Origin: Vicugna vicugna
Taxonomy: Eukaryota
DNA length: 64,000 bases
Direction: 5' to 3'
NCBI GenBank assembly: GCA_013265495.1
Contig: MU057930.1
Location: 946,057-1,010,056, forward strand
A program made the position numbers and the translations under genes. Shown here piece after piece: positions 1 to 12,769 of this stretch (the first letter of the stretch is position 1; each line of letters starts with the position of its first letter). The notes under the pieces were generated by a model. It saw only the letters and a program-made list of their open reading frames with translations. It was not told where the DNA came from and did not search any database.

Positions 1-974
1 CAGATTTGCAAGTTTGGCATCTCTTTTCCCAAAAATGAGTGAAGTGAGTCCTGTTGCTTCAAGGAGAGCAATTAGCAGTATTTGTTGGCACTGATAAATC
101 TGGACTTGCAAGAGAACAATTTCGGAAAACTTGTGTCCAAAGCCGCAAGCTGGACAGCTTCCCAGTATTTAGAGACTTTTTCTGATGAGATCAGTGGTGA
201 CTATTAGCATATGTAGTTTTTGGATATTGTCTGATAAAATCTGTCACAATCTGCAAGATCTGAAAAACTCGGAACTGATCTTTGCCAAATGGACAATGTA
301 CGATGTTATAAAATCATGCATGAATCAAAGACTCTCTAACAGGCAGTCAATCATCAATCAAGAATTGACACTGCAGCGTAGGAAGAGTTCATGGGTAATG
401 ATTTCAGAGTCCATCTGGCAACGAACTTTCAACAAACTACCATTTGTTGGGTTTTGGCGTACTGTGAAACCATAACTACGTTCAAAGGCTATGAGAATCC
501 CCCTCCCTTTTCCGATGACCTATCATTGTGAACACAGATTTTCTTTGCCAACCAAAACCAAGCATGCATGACAGATTGGATGCAAAAGAAAATGTGCGAA
601 TTCGCGTGTCTCCTATGAAGGCAGGCATTGAAAAGATTTGCAAAAAACTATGAAAGAGTGGCATTCTTTTCAGTATTTTTTTTTTTTTGGTCTTGGAAAA
701 TATAGTTGTTTTCATTCCTGTATAGGATTTGTGAACTTGCATTATCCTTATTGTTGTGATTTTTAAATCATTTAATCATATTTTAAATAATTCTCAGGCT
801 TTTATTTATTGAGGTATAGACAGTGGACAATGTTGTGTCCATTTCTGGTGTACAGCTCAGTTTTAATTTCTACAGTGGTAAATACGGATAGGTGGAATCC
901 ATGCGAGCGAGGCTTCTGGAATGCATGAAGAGTTTAAAGGGTATGAAGAGACCCTGTGGGAGTTGAGGACGACT
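1..974 (+). mobile_element. Charlie1-like hAT DNA transposon relic (decayed transposase 3' part and right end)
   Basis: Collinear resemblance to recalled Charlie1 consensus (gacagcttcccagtatttagagacttttctgatgagatcagtggtga; tttcaacaaactaccatttgttgggttttgg; end ttgaggacgactg). Frame is broken. Confidence 0.75.
799..855 (-). mobile_element. Very short L1 3'-terminal fragment inserted in Charlie1
   Basis: ttattgaggtatagacagtggacaatgttgtgtccatttctggtgtacag matches the reverse complement of the L1 tail seen elsewhere in the window; CTCAG on both sides. Confidence 0.6.
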
Positions 975-1538
975 GTTCTGAAATTTCCTTGCTCTTTTAA
1001 AATGGCTTTGATTGATTATTGATTGATTGATTGGTTAACTGACTTCTTTATGTTACACTAACTCCATGAATCTGTCTTGAGTCTTGAACTTGCTCTGGAA
1101 GAGTGAGATCTCTTCTCATCTGAAAACCCAAATGTCCCTACCTTACGGCTTCATCTCCAATTCGAGTCAGTACCTTCTAACAAATACACCACCAATATCA
1201 TCCTCCCCAGGCAGCATTCTTAGGGACTGTTTTTGTGTCCGTTCTCAGCAGGACAAGCTCTTCTTTCCAATTAATTATGGGTGGTTTTAGGTCGTGACGA
1301 TTCACACGTGATCACATAATTCATTCATACCCCATTTTGATTCACATCAGGACATAAATATTATTCCAGCACTGGTGGAAATGTATTAAAACTCTCTTAT
1401 TAAAAAAAAATCCAGAAATAGCCAAGTCTCCAACAGCAAACTTAATTAAACAGTTTGAATTTCTGTTTGGTAATTAAGACTGCACCCTTGACAAATCAGC
1501 TTAAGTGGTTTAGGAGCATCAGAATCCTCATTCTGAAG

Positions 1539-1573
1539 TTGTTTTTGTTTTTGTTTTTGTTTTTGTTTTTTTG
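1539..1573. repeat. (GTTTTT)n microsatellite
   Basis: Direct reading. Confidence 0.9.
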
Positions 1574-2559
1574 CTCTACCAGGCGAGAAAATTAGTACCC
1601 CTCTTCTCCCTTCCAATTTTTGTTTTTCTAAGGACACTTTTGCATTTTCAAGTTTCCGTAATGTAATTAAGTCTTTGGGGCTTCATGGTTGGTTGAATTC
1701 CAAAACAATTCCAACTCAATAAAAGAATGTATTTGAACATTATGTAAATACTATTTATGTAAACCTTTTAATTGGATTCAAAGAGCTAGAAATGAATTCC
1801 TGCCTCACAGAAACTTTGCTACTAAACCAACACACTTCCAAGTGTCAACGTCTGTTGGATTCTCTGTTCATATTTTTCTTCTTTTAGGTCTTTTGATTTT
1901 TTTTTTTTAGGCCATTTCTTGCTGACCCGTCTTGCTGCCTCTTAACACTTCTTCTATTTTCTTGCAAAAGGAAGCTTTCCTTAATAATCACTTTTTAAAT
2001 TTAAAACCCATATCTGGGGGGAAGGTAAGGTGAAAATTTTGGATTCTAACATTTTAAAAAAACTGTTTATTTTGCTTTAAGCCTTGAATATTTATTTCGC
2101 TTCTTACAGAATTTCTGGGTGGAACACAATTTTTACTTTTTCCTCCTTCTACTGACTGGAGACTTTGATTCATAGCTTCTAGTATGTCTTCCAGCCCCCA
2201 GTGTTGTTAAGAACGGTGATGTCAAACCGACGTCTCTAAACTCTTAGATGTTTTCTTTGTACAATTTTTAACCAGAGGGTGGGGCTTCTGTTTTCATCCA
2301 ACTCAACCTTTGTCCGTCCATTCATTTTTGTATTTCAAACATTTCTGTAACTCAGGGGGAAATTGTTTTATCTATACGTACATAATGAGAATGCTTTTAT
2401 AGACATGCTTCTATATTTATATAAATGTATGTTACGCTTGTGGTATATGTGCTACAAACACACGTTCACACCTCAGCCTCCTGTTTTTACAGGAACATCT
2501 TCCTGTTTTCCGTCTGGACGATTCTCTGTCTTCTTAATATTGTACCTTTTCCTGTAGAT

Positions 2560-3000
2560 GCCTGTGTGTGTCTAATTTTAGTTTACAACCACCAGATAGT
2601 AAGTTGCAGACATAATCTTCATTTATCCCTAACTACTTCTGTATGTGTTTTTAAAAAATAAAGACATTCTCTTCTATAACATGAGTATAATGATCAAAAT
2701 CAGGAACTTAACTTTGCTTTGAGACTCATATCGAGTCTACAGACTTATTGAAATTTTGCTGATAGGTCCGCTAATAATTCCCTTTTGGGGAAAAAAGTAC
2801 AAAAGATCCTATATTTTCTCCTCCAGGATGCAGTCCAGGGTCCCAGTTCATATTCAGTTTTGTCGTAAGTCTTGCATTTCCTTTGATCTGGGAATTATGG
2901 CTGAGTTTTATTTTTCTCTTGTGATGCGAGTTCACGTATTTGTTTTTAGAACGTCCCCTGATTTCGATTTGCCTGGTGGTCTTAGTTTTTTCTTCTCAAG
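2560..3000 (-). mobile_element. Ancient L1 (L1MC4/5-like) 3' UTR fragment
   Basis: Motifs aaagacattctcttctataacatgagtataatgatcaaaatcagga and tacagacttattgaaattttgc resemble L1MC 3' ends; boundaries approximate. Confidence 0.5.
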
Positions 3001-3115
3001 GTAGAGAAAAATGTTTCAATACGAGGTGTCTCCAGCCGTGGATCTGTGACGTGCGTGCTGCACATTTTCTCTATTTTTTTCGGTTGCCTTTTGACTTAGT
3101 TTAGAGTGTTGTCTT

Positions 3116-3315
3116 ACCATTCAAAAAAGGTTTTTTTTTTAACGCTGTCGAGATTTCTATAAAATATTTGTAACGCGTAACCATTCAAAAAAGGTTTGTT
3201 TTTTTTTTTAACGCTGTCGAGATTTCTATAAAATATTTGTAACGCGTAACCATTCAAAAAAGATTTGTTTTTTTTTTAACGCTGTCGAGATTTCTATAAA
3301 ATATTTGTAACGCGT
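3116..3315. repeat. Three tandem copies of an approximately 65-bp unit
   Basis: accattcaaaaaag..(T-run)..aacgctgtcgagatttctataaaatatttgtaacgcgt three times; copies differ mainly in the T-run. Confidence 0.95.
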
Positions 3316-5738
3316 CTGGAGTCTGAGTCAGACTTATGGAAAGGAATTTGCTCAAACTATCTTATCAGTCCCAGCATATTTACTTAGCACTATGTTGAAC
3401 ACTTTTCTTTCCCGTTTGGACTCTATTCTTTCCATGGATGTGAAGTCAATAAGAATGTGATTTTGTTTCTTTTTGCAAGCGTCTAACCACTTGTCCCAGC
3501 ACTGTAATTGGAGCTGACATCTTTTTTATGTGCATCCCCGTATGTCCTTGAGTCTAGCTGTGAGCTTTGTCTTTCGGTCAACTTATTTACCTGTTATAAA
3601 TAAAACCACACCACTTTCAAAAACAGACTATATTAATTTTTAAAAGTCTCGTAGAACTAGTCCTCTTTCAAAGCTGGGTTTTTTTTCCTCAGCATATTTC
3701 TAGTCATCTTTATGCATTTTTTTCTATATGAACGCTAACAGCATCTTACCAAGTTCTATCAATGTATTTGTGTCTGTTTTTATAGGTTTGCATTGAATGC
3801 ATTTATTATCAGAGGCAGCATCTACATTTGGAAATGCTTACTGTCCCTTTTGGGTTTAATACGTCATTTGTAAAGATCCGGCCCCTGGGTCCTTGGTGAG
3901 CATTGTATTCGGAAGCGTTAGGGGCTGGTTTCTTTCTGTAGCCCCTGACGGGTCATGGTTGGAAGTCACCAGTGCTGTGGCAGAAAGAGGCGTCCTTCTG
4001 TGCAGCTAAACACAGGAGCAACAGATTCATCGTGACTGCAAGAACAGTGACTAGCTTACACAACTGCAACATCACTGTCTAACGTTGTCTTTACCCTGGA
4101 TCAGCTCAGATGCATATGAGAGATGTTACATTCATTCCTTAATCCCTGTACCATATTCAAGATTTTTTTTTTTTTTTGCTTCCCTTCTCCCCCCACCCCT
4201 GCGGAACAAGTTAGCAGTTTAAGAATTCACTCCGGAGCATCCTTTGTTGAATCAGCCACAATAGCTGGGCTAGTTAGAGTTTTCCGTACCAGCCGCTCCC
4301 CAAGCCTCTTGGCAGAATTGCCTTCAAGCGCTCCGTGTGACGTGGCATTAGCATTCCAAAGCCGTCGTGTCATTCTGCCAGACTCCTGACATTTTATAGC
4401 TATCATGTCTTTTATCTGACTTCCACTTTCTTTCAATAAGGAGACCGAAGTCGCATTTTCTTGGAGATGTCTGAACGTATCCAAATTGATAAAATCTGGG
4501 GCGCACGGTTCTAGGAGGAATAAAAGCCAGTGTGTGTTACCCGAAGCCTGCCGAACGTGTTTCCCTTCAGAGACTGTGATTTTTACGTAAAACTCCGGCA
4601 GTGACTTGCATCACGTGTAAGCACATGGGCTGGGTTCATTAATAGGCTAAGGTCTTAGCGTCGTTCACAGGGGGCTGTTCTGATCAGCAAGTAGCAGGCA
4701 TTATTATTAAATCATGCAGAAAAAGCCTCTCTGTTTTTCCTCTCAAGGAGTCATTAAGCCAGCAGGTGTTTCTCTCAGTTCGCTTTAGCATCCAATTTCG
4801 TGTATTAATGAAAACCACTACTCTGAAATATTTAACAGATCACGAAAAGAATGATCAAAGAACTGAGATAATGTAGCCTGAAGAAAGGAAAGCAGACGAA
4901 TGACTGAAGTTCTGTAAAAATCACGCAGAGAATAACCATGTCCAAATGCGTTTAAGAGCCCCCAGGATGGGAAACCAGCTAACGCTGAGGGGGAAACAGC
5001 TTACCTTTTAGAGATATTTTGATAGGCTGTACTGTGGTCTTTCTGTGGTCTTATTGTATCTTCCCAATTGTATCTGAAAGCTTCCAGCTCTTGAAGACAC
5101 TGTTCATTCGTCCAGTCAGTCAACCAATGTTTTTAAGAAGTGGATTTTGTCACCTTGCCAATTTTAGCGAAATAAAAGTACTTCCAGGGCCCCAGTTCAA
5201 CTTGGTTTTCAGATACACAGTGGATATTTTTAATTTAAGACAGTCCACGCCAAATATGGGAAAACATCTTCCCGAAAAAAGTTTGCATTTTCTAAGACTC
5301 CAGTTGAACTGGGGATCCTGTATTTTATCTGGGAACTCTTGACGTGTATGTGCAGGATGCCATGGACCTAAACAGATCAGTCACCGCTTCCATCGTGTTG
5401 TGGTCTACAAGGGTGGGTGCAAACACGTTCTCAGAAATGCCACCATGCTCTTGATCAAATAATTTCCTATACCTGAAGAGATGAGAGAGATTAACATTCA
5501 GCGTTGGTTTGGCCATATAGGACAGCGCAGAGTTTAAGGTGGCCATGGATTCGCCACCATCAAAGCTGCCTTTCTCTCTACCGAGCAGGGTAGGGTGTGA
5601 CCCGACCCTGGGGAACGTTGGCTTCCATATCTGGGGGTAACCGGTGTCCCTTCTCTAAAGGACACACATCAGTGACGGTTGCGCTACCTCAAGATATGCG
5701 AAAAAAAGTTACCTGTCAACGCATGATTCTTAACGCAG

Positions 5739-5821
5739 GAAACTGCTGTGAGGGAGACCTGAAGTCCTGAGATATAAAAGAAAGACCGTGTATTTTGCGT
5801 GTGCGTTGAATACCTTCCCAG
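5739..5821 (+). other. Candidate exon (non-coding or pseudo-exon)
   Basis: Modest acceptor ttcttaacgcag and strong donor CAG|GTAAGA; all three frames contain a stop. Confidence 0.25.
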
Positions 5822-7174
5822 GTAAGAGAGCGTTTGCTCTGCAGAGGAAGGGAATGCGATGCAACGTTTATTAAGTACCTACAACTGAATTATGCCAGAG
5901 CCTGTCAGAAAGAAAATGATAAATAAAGATAGTCGCTGTTCCTGGGACCTCGTTATCGGGGACGGAGGAGAATGAGAGGCACGTAAGTGGCCCTGTTGTA
6001 AGACATGTTGAGATAAATGGCGCTGTTCACTCCGCAAGCTTGCAAGGGAACAGGTAGGGCACGTCTTAGATAACCCTCAGTTTAAAAAAAAAACACCCAA
6101 ATCATCTTCATTAGAGATGAATCATCCTGTCAAAATGGACGACAAGGGAGCCCTTTCCAATTCTGTCTAAATAGAGATCCTTCTAACACAGCCCTTTAGA
6201 CAGTTTACATCCTGGGAATGGGGAAAAGAAAGCGTCCAGTTCATGAAATAGCAGGATTTCAGGTTACTTTTGAAGGCACCTAGAATGCTGATTCTGCAGA
6301 CGGAGGGGAAAGATACTCCAGGAAAACGGAACGGTCTCAGCAAGTATTTGCTGTTCACTGAGTTTGAAAATTAGGTAATCAGACAGCTTAGCCAATGCAG
6401 TTCCTATGCCTTGACCATTTGAAATACAGATTAAATTGGCAGGAGGCATAGCTTTGGAGTAAATAGCGACCAAGAAGAGAAAATGGCCAAGTAGAAGCCA
6501 GTGGTTGAGAGCTCGTGATGGTGAGGACGGTAATACTTATTTGGCCAAATATTTCTGAGCTCAGCTCTCTCTCACAGCAATATAAAGCCTGAATGCTCTG
6601 ACGGACGTTTAACGTATCTGATCGATGGTGCATATTTAGCACATGAGACGCCAGGAGCAAGATGACAGGGGTCCACAGTATCTGCACAAAGGGGAGACAC
6701 CTGTCATCTTTGAAACTGGGTTTCACACACTCCCTGTTCAGCTGGTGAGGAAGGCTCAACCTCTTTGTTGTTCTGAAGGCTCAAAAACGTTCAAACCCCT
6801 CTTTTGCCTGGGGGGGAAATGGTTCTTAACTGATTTTTGAAATTATTTTGTCATGCTTAACCAAAGAGGAGGGTGAACCCAAGTCACGTTTAGACAGATA
6901 AGAATGGGAGGGTCGAAACGTCACCCACCAGAGATCGTGAAGTTACTGGCCTATACTGGTAGATAATTTTTCATTTCAGACACACACACATACACATTCT
7001 ATACGTGAACAGATAACATTTTCCATCTATCTGTGTGTGCGTACGTATATATAGATACATAGACGTGCATGAAAACTGTACATCTTGGAGATGCAATCGT
7101 GTACATACACATAGTCACAGATTTATATATGTCTATAGACACATATTATGTATTTTAATAAACAGAAGAATTAT

Positions 7175-7600
7175 GTAAAATTATTTTAATGTATTTTTAA
7201 TTATATAAAATGTATTTTAATTATATAAAATGTATTCTTTATTATATAAATGCACTTTTTAGTCATATAAAATGTATTTTTAATTATATGAAATGTATTT
7301 TTTAATATATAAAATGTATTTTTAATTATATGAAATGTATTTTTTAATATATAAAATGTACTTTTTAATTATATGAAATGTATTTTTTAATATATAAAAT
7401 GTACTTTTTAATTATATAAAATGTATTTTTAATTATATATAATGTATTTTTTAATATATAAAATTTATTTTTAATTATATAAAATGTATTTTTAATATAT
7501 AAAATGTATTTTTAATATGTAAAATTTATTTTTAATTCTATAAAATGTATTTTTAATATATAAAATGTACTTCTTTAATGTATATAAAATATATTTTACG
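7175..7600. repeat. AT-rich minisatellite, unit about 22 bp (tatataaaatgtatttttaat)
   Basis: Direct reading of many degenerate units. Confidence 0.9.
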
Positions 7601-9859
7601 TATGTACATACGTATAGTCACAGACGTATATATGTGTCTATAGATGCATATTATATATTCTAATAAATAGAATTGTTTAAAATATATTTTAAAAATTTAT
7701 ATAAAATGTACTTTTTTAACTAATCCAGGAAATTTATCTACTTTGCCCTTAAAAATCAAGGAACTAGCTGGCTGCCAAAATGCATCTCTTGCAATTGTAA
7801 AAGTATGCAAGTAAATCCTTTAATGTTTTTATATCTTTGCCTAAGACAGTGTCCGACATGAGCCAAATAGAAGAAACAAAGCTCCACAGCCCACAAGGAC
7901 TGGGGAGGATAATTGAGACGAATTCGTGTCTTTTTTAGTGGAACGACAGCACGCCCAGTTCCCCTACATGCTGGTTTTAACGCACGCCACATTTGACAAG
8001 CCCGAAACCCTCCGTTGCATTTTGGAGACGCAATTACATCTGGAGGAAGGGCAGTGCTGAATACAGATCTTCTGTTCTTTTTGCTGAATGGGATGTAACG
8101 TGGTCGCCGGGTCTGGAGACCCGCCGCCCGGGATGCGGCCCATTAACAGAGGCCCCTCTGGAATTCGTCAGACCCCCTGCCTCCTAAGGCTTTGTGTCGG
8201 AACGACAGGGGCTAAGACAGCCACGCTCGGGTTCGCGCCCTGACAACTTCACAGCTCACGTGGGCTTTCGTGGAATTTGAGTGAATGAATCAATCCTTTC
8301 AAACCTCAGCTAAAAGCATTATTCCATCAGAAAAAAAAAATGGCTAATATCGCTCACTCCCCTTCCGTTTCACGTCTTTCTCACTATAAAAGGCTTTTAA
8401 ACAGCGTTCGTTGAATAAGGCCACGGTGTAATGTGAAATCTGAAATGTGAGGAGATAGTCCTAGGAAAAAAAAAATGCGTCCGAACCAAGATGTACATGA
8501 TTAATTAGGGGACAGTAAGCATAAGTGAGCATGAATGAAAGGAGCAAAAATTTAGAATTCAGCAGAGAAAGACTGATGGATAGGATGCAGGTGACGTTTT
8601 GCATGGATTTCCTGATTATTACTCAAAATAGTATTTATCAAAGCACCTTTCTGAAAGTAGACAAAATGGATTGCGTTTCTAAGAAAATGAGCTGGCTAAT
8701 TTCTGCGACGATTGTATTTTATGGTTTTACTGACCGTGTGACATCGCTGTGAAATGACTACAGAGTTAAGCTCTTGAAATCACGCCAAAGAGCATTGCAG
8801 AATTACAGAGTTAAAACCTTTTGCTTTCGACCAAAGATATATTCATAAACTCTCAACATTGATCTTCTTGGTCACTTTCCAGTGGTGTCTTTTTTAACGA
8901 TGAGTACACATGTTATGTGGGTGTGTTAAATATATTATAAATACATTTATACATGCAAACACACATGTATGCACGCAGTGCTTTACAAACTCGGTAGTCT
9001 TGGGTTAATTTAATTCAACATTTGCACACACACGTGCATGTCCCGTCACGTCTAATCAGATGCAGTCAGTCTACCTTTCTCTTTGCAGGTCTAAGCATCA
9101 AATGAAAAAATCACAACATTAGCACCGTCAAACCCCAAGGACTCTCCTGCGTTTCCACAATGTCTTTTCAAGTTCTCGCTTTGGTGTGCTTGTGAGAACT
9201 TTGCAGGATGAGCAAGGAAGTGTTAGTTATCAGAGAAACCCAGCGACGCGGTGTGAGTCTCAGGCCAGGTTCTAGTTTGTTTGTTTGTTTGTTATTTTTG
9301 CTTTGAGACATTCTCAATCCCTCTAGTGCATGTGTGAGATAGACCAGATACCTCCCTGAGCTCCGGGACGCAATCCTATACTGGTGCCTGGATGGTCCCG
9401 CTGGCCAGTAAATGGTTCTTTCAGTGCGTGGCTTGAAATTGGGCTCCTCTGTGTCAAAAAAAAAAAAAGTTTAAGCTATAAAATTGTTCCTAATTTGTAC
9501 CTTTCTACTTAAAGTACAGTCAGTGTCTTCCACGGTCAGTGAAGGGCTGTTCCCATCAGGTTCCTGCAATGGTTACAGGCAACAGACCGTGGAGGGAAGG
9601 GAATGTTGGATGCTTTATTTTTATTTGAACGGCTACTTGGATGCAATGTTCTAAGTCACTTAAATTATTCACTGCAATGCAGTGCTAGGTGAAGGCAGTG
9701 GTTTGGCAACCCATGCGACTGCTGCAGTAAACCGTTTTAATAGGCTCAGGGAATTCCAGGGCTCTGCAACATGGTGGTGACCTCTTCCTGTGCTGTGGCA
9801 TCTGAAAGGACATGACAGACTCTAAATGTTATTTCTCCGTTCCCGGGTATTGCCCTTAG

Positions 9860-10025
9860 ATACTTCGGATACTTGAGTGAGGCTGGCCCCGTATTTGAAT
9901 ATCTTGTAACATCCTCACCTGCAATTGTACCTCCCAAGACCTCTGAGATATTACCCCACCCCGTGACGCCACCTCCTCCACCCCGTCCCTTTCCACCTCC
10001 TGTCCCCTCTCCAGACCTACCGTGA
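9860..10025 (+). CDS. Candidate terminal coding exon with Pro-rich C-terminus (YFGYLSEAGPVFEYLVTSSPAIVPPKTSEILPHPVTPPPPPRPFPPPVPSPDLP*)
   Basis: Acceptor ttgcccttag ends at 9859; 54 open codons to TGA 10023-10025; AATAAA at 10161-10166. Protein not recognised. Confidence 0.35.
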
Positions 10026-10160
10026 ATGTCAGATCCCGGGGGGACTCCGGTGGTCATTTGCAAAGACGAATCGAAGAGGAAGAATTTATTTCCATGGCTT
10101 TGTTTACAAGACCGCCGGGGAGGGCTGTTCACTGTTGGGTCGGTTCGTGACTGACTCTTA

Positions 10161-10166
10161 AATAAA
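10161..10166 (+). terminator. Candidate polyadenylation signal AATAAA
   Basis: About 135 nt after the stop of the candidate terminal exon. Confidence 0.3.
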
Positions 10167-10376
10167 TGCCGATGTCAGGAGGCCTCCGGTGTGCCGTGAA
10201 GGAAGGCGGGTAAAGGCTTTGGTGAGCGGGAAGCTTGAGTAACATCTACGATGTGCATCCATCCGGGGTCCTGCATGCCAGCGGTCCATGCGTTCTCCGT
10301 TTCTAAGACCCCTGGGAATTACCACGATAAGAGGAGACAAGTCCACATCAAAACACTGCGTTATATGCGTGAAGGG

Positions 10377-10778
10377 TGCTATGGACTGAAATGTGTTTGC
10401 CCCATTTTTATATTGCGGAAGCCCTAACTCCCAACGTGGCTGTATTTGGAGACAGGGCTTTTGTGATGTAGGTGAGGCTAAATGAGGTCATCAGGGTGGG
10501 GTTCTCGTCCAATGGGTTGGTGGCCTTCTAAGAAGAGAAGTGGGTCTCCCTCTTCCCTCTTGTCACATCCAGGCGCCAAGAAAGGCCAGGGGAGGGCACA
10601 GCCAGAAGGCATCCACCGAAAAGCCAAGCAAGGGTCCTCACTGGAATCCGAGCGTGGTGGGACCCTGATCTCGGACTTCCAGCCGCCAGAACTGGGACGA
10701 ACGTTCTGCCGCTTAAGGTCCCCAAACCCACCCCCAGTTACTAGTATTTTGTTATTACAGCCCGACCGCGCTGATACA
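10377..10778 (+). mobile_element. MaLR LTR (MLT1A-like)
   Basis: tgctatggactgaa..gaagccctaactcccaacgtggctgtatttggagacaggg..aaatgaggtcatcagggtggg..gacttccagccgccagaactg..tgataca; TG...CA ends. Confidence 0.75.
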
Positions 10779-11579
10779 CAGGAGATGGCAGCCGTGCTGT
10801 GCGGCGTCTGCAGTGCGCTCACCGGATCGTTGGAGAGACGTCTTAACCACTCGGTGGGGGACTCCATCAGTGTCACTTACAGACATTGTTTTCCCCCTAA
10901 ACTCTGATTTGTCACAGCATCTCTAGGGGTCGTACAGAGAAGTGTCACCGTGTGATGCTCCCCAGAATTAAAAAAACTAAATAGTTACGGTGAGTGGGCG
11001 TCTCTCTGGTGGCGCCACGATGGTGCCTTAACTGTACCCAGACGTGAGTCATTTCCAGGCTGAATGTCCTTCGAATGTGGTCCTTGAAGGAGAGCCCTGT
11101 GATGGCGCTTAAAGGACTTGCCCAAAGTGATCCAGCACCATTCGCAAAAATAACTCGATAGGAGGAGCAAAAACGACCCAGTTTTTTTTAGGCTTCGGGG
11201 AGGGGGGGTCCCTGGTTCTGAGACAGTGATTCAGAATGCTTCTCTGCTAACTGAGTCCGAACAGGGACTTTTAGTACGAGGGTTCGTGAAACAGAACTGC
11301 GGTGCAAATCCGTCTCACCTTGGACCCGTTCGGTCCAACGCACCTTATCACGATTTCTCTTGTTTTTAAATATGTATTTGGACTATATGCAGTGAGTAAC
11401 ATGGCAGGGACCTGAACGCTGGATGTCTGCCTTCGAGAAAGGATGTAATGCTGGGACCTGTGAGGTCGTTTCTTACCGAAATGGTTTGCAGGACCAACTG
11501 GACGTCCCCAGAAGGTGTCAGCTCTCAGTGCCACCAAGAGTTTTACAATCAGTGGGGATCATGGTCCTTCAGGTATGCC

Positions 11580-11762
11580 TGTTATGAACTGATTGGTGCT
11601 CCCAACATTCGGATGTTGAAGCCCTCACCGCCATGCTCCAGAATGTGACTGTATTTGGAGACGGGGGTCTTCAGGGAGCTACTGAAGGTGAAGTGAGGTC
11701 ATTAGGGTGGGTCCTAACCCAATGGGACTAGTGTCCTTGTAAGAAAAGATTAGGACACAGAC
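11580..11762 (+). mobile_element. MaLR LTR 5' fragment (MLT1B-like)
   Basis: cagaatgtgactgtatttggagacggggg..gtgaggtcattagggtgggtcctaacccaat..gtccttgtaagaa. Confidence 0.7.
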
Positions 11763-12769
11763 CCTGGGACATGACCCTCCTCTCGCCCCACGTTCGTTCT
11801 CCCTGCGTCAGGACCCCTTCCCTGATGGTCTTTGTGTTTCCTCTCTCTGCTGCACTTTGTAAACCTACACGGCCGTTTGGTGACCGCCAGGTGCGTCAAA
11901 GAGAAACGTCATCCTGCCAGTGGACAGACGCTCAAAAAGTAACCCCTGGAGACCATTTTTTTGAGAAAGAGCGTTGACCCCCTGGATGGCTCTGCTAATT
12001 CTATTGAGTATGCCTTTTTGCGCCCCCGCACGCCGGGTGTGCGTGGAGCTGCTGGTGGGAAAGCGTCCCCACTGACCTCACTGGGGAAGCGAAGGAGGTT
12101 GTGTCAACACTGGAGGAGGAACAGACAACATCTTGAGATGTTCTCCGTGACTAAGGCGAGTCTGAGGACTCTCGAGTGGCAGGGACAGGACTCTGTCCAG
12201 ACGATTGTGAGCTTGGTCATTGCTCTCCGGGCTTCAACAATGGGACAGAAACAGCTTACGGAAACGAGCCGCCCCAGGAAGGTTGTGAGACGGATGCTGT
12301 CAGCGGGCTCACGCGTCAGTGACCCCATCCCGTCCTACGTGACTTTCCTCTTCTGCAGAGTCTGGAAGTGTGGACTCCCTTGTGGCTAAGTTTCCCCCAC
12401 GGGCCCCACTTATCCCACCCAGCAGAGGCCCCCGCGTGGGATCTGGGAGGTGGAGTTGAGCAAATGAGACGGAAGAACCTTCAGGGACCCTCAGACCATG
12501 GCTTGAGGTGTCTGTTTCTTCTTGAGAACCTGAGGCAAAGGTCCTCCCTTGTGTTCCAAAGTATCTTAGCGGAAATTGGCCTGAGGGATGGTTATGCGCT
12601 CCATCTGGCTTGGTCCTTTGTCTGCATCACTCGGTGTGTTAACTCTTAGATATTCGGAAAGGTACTTATTACCATGAGAGAATCATTTTTTTAAAAAAAA
12701 TTAATCACGGGACAAGACAGAACGTGGATCCCTCCATTTCTAGTGGTTCGTCCCCTACTGTGGATCAGA

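Noticed and set aside
3116..3315. CRISPR-like array of identical cores with variable linkers
   Set aside because: Linkers are near-identical A/T runs rather than unique spacers, the context is mammalian and there are no cas genes.
9746..10132. 128-aa Gly-rich minus-strand ORF
   Set aside because: Antisense shadow of the C-rich plus-strand segment; no supporting signals on the minus strand.
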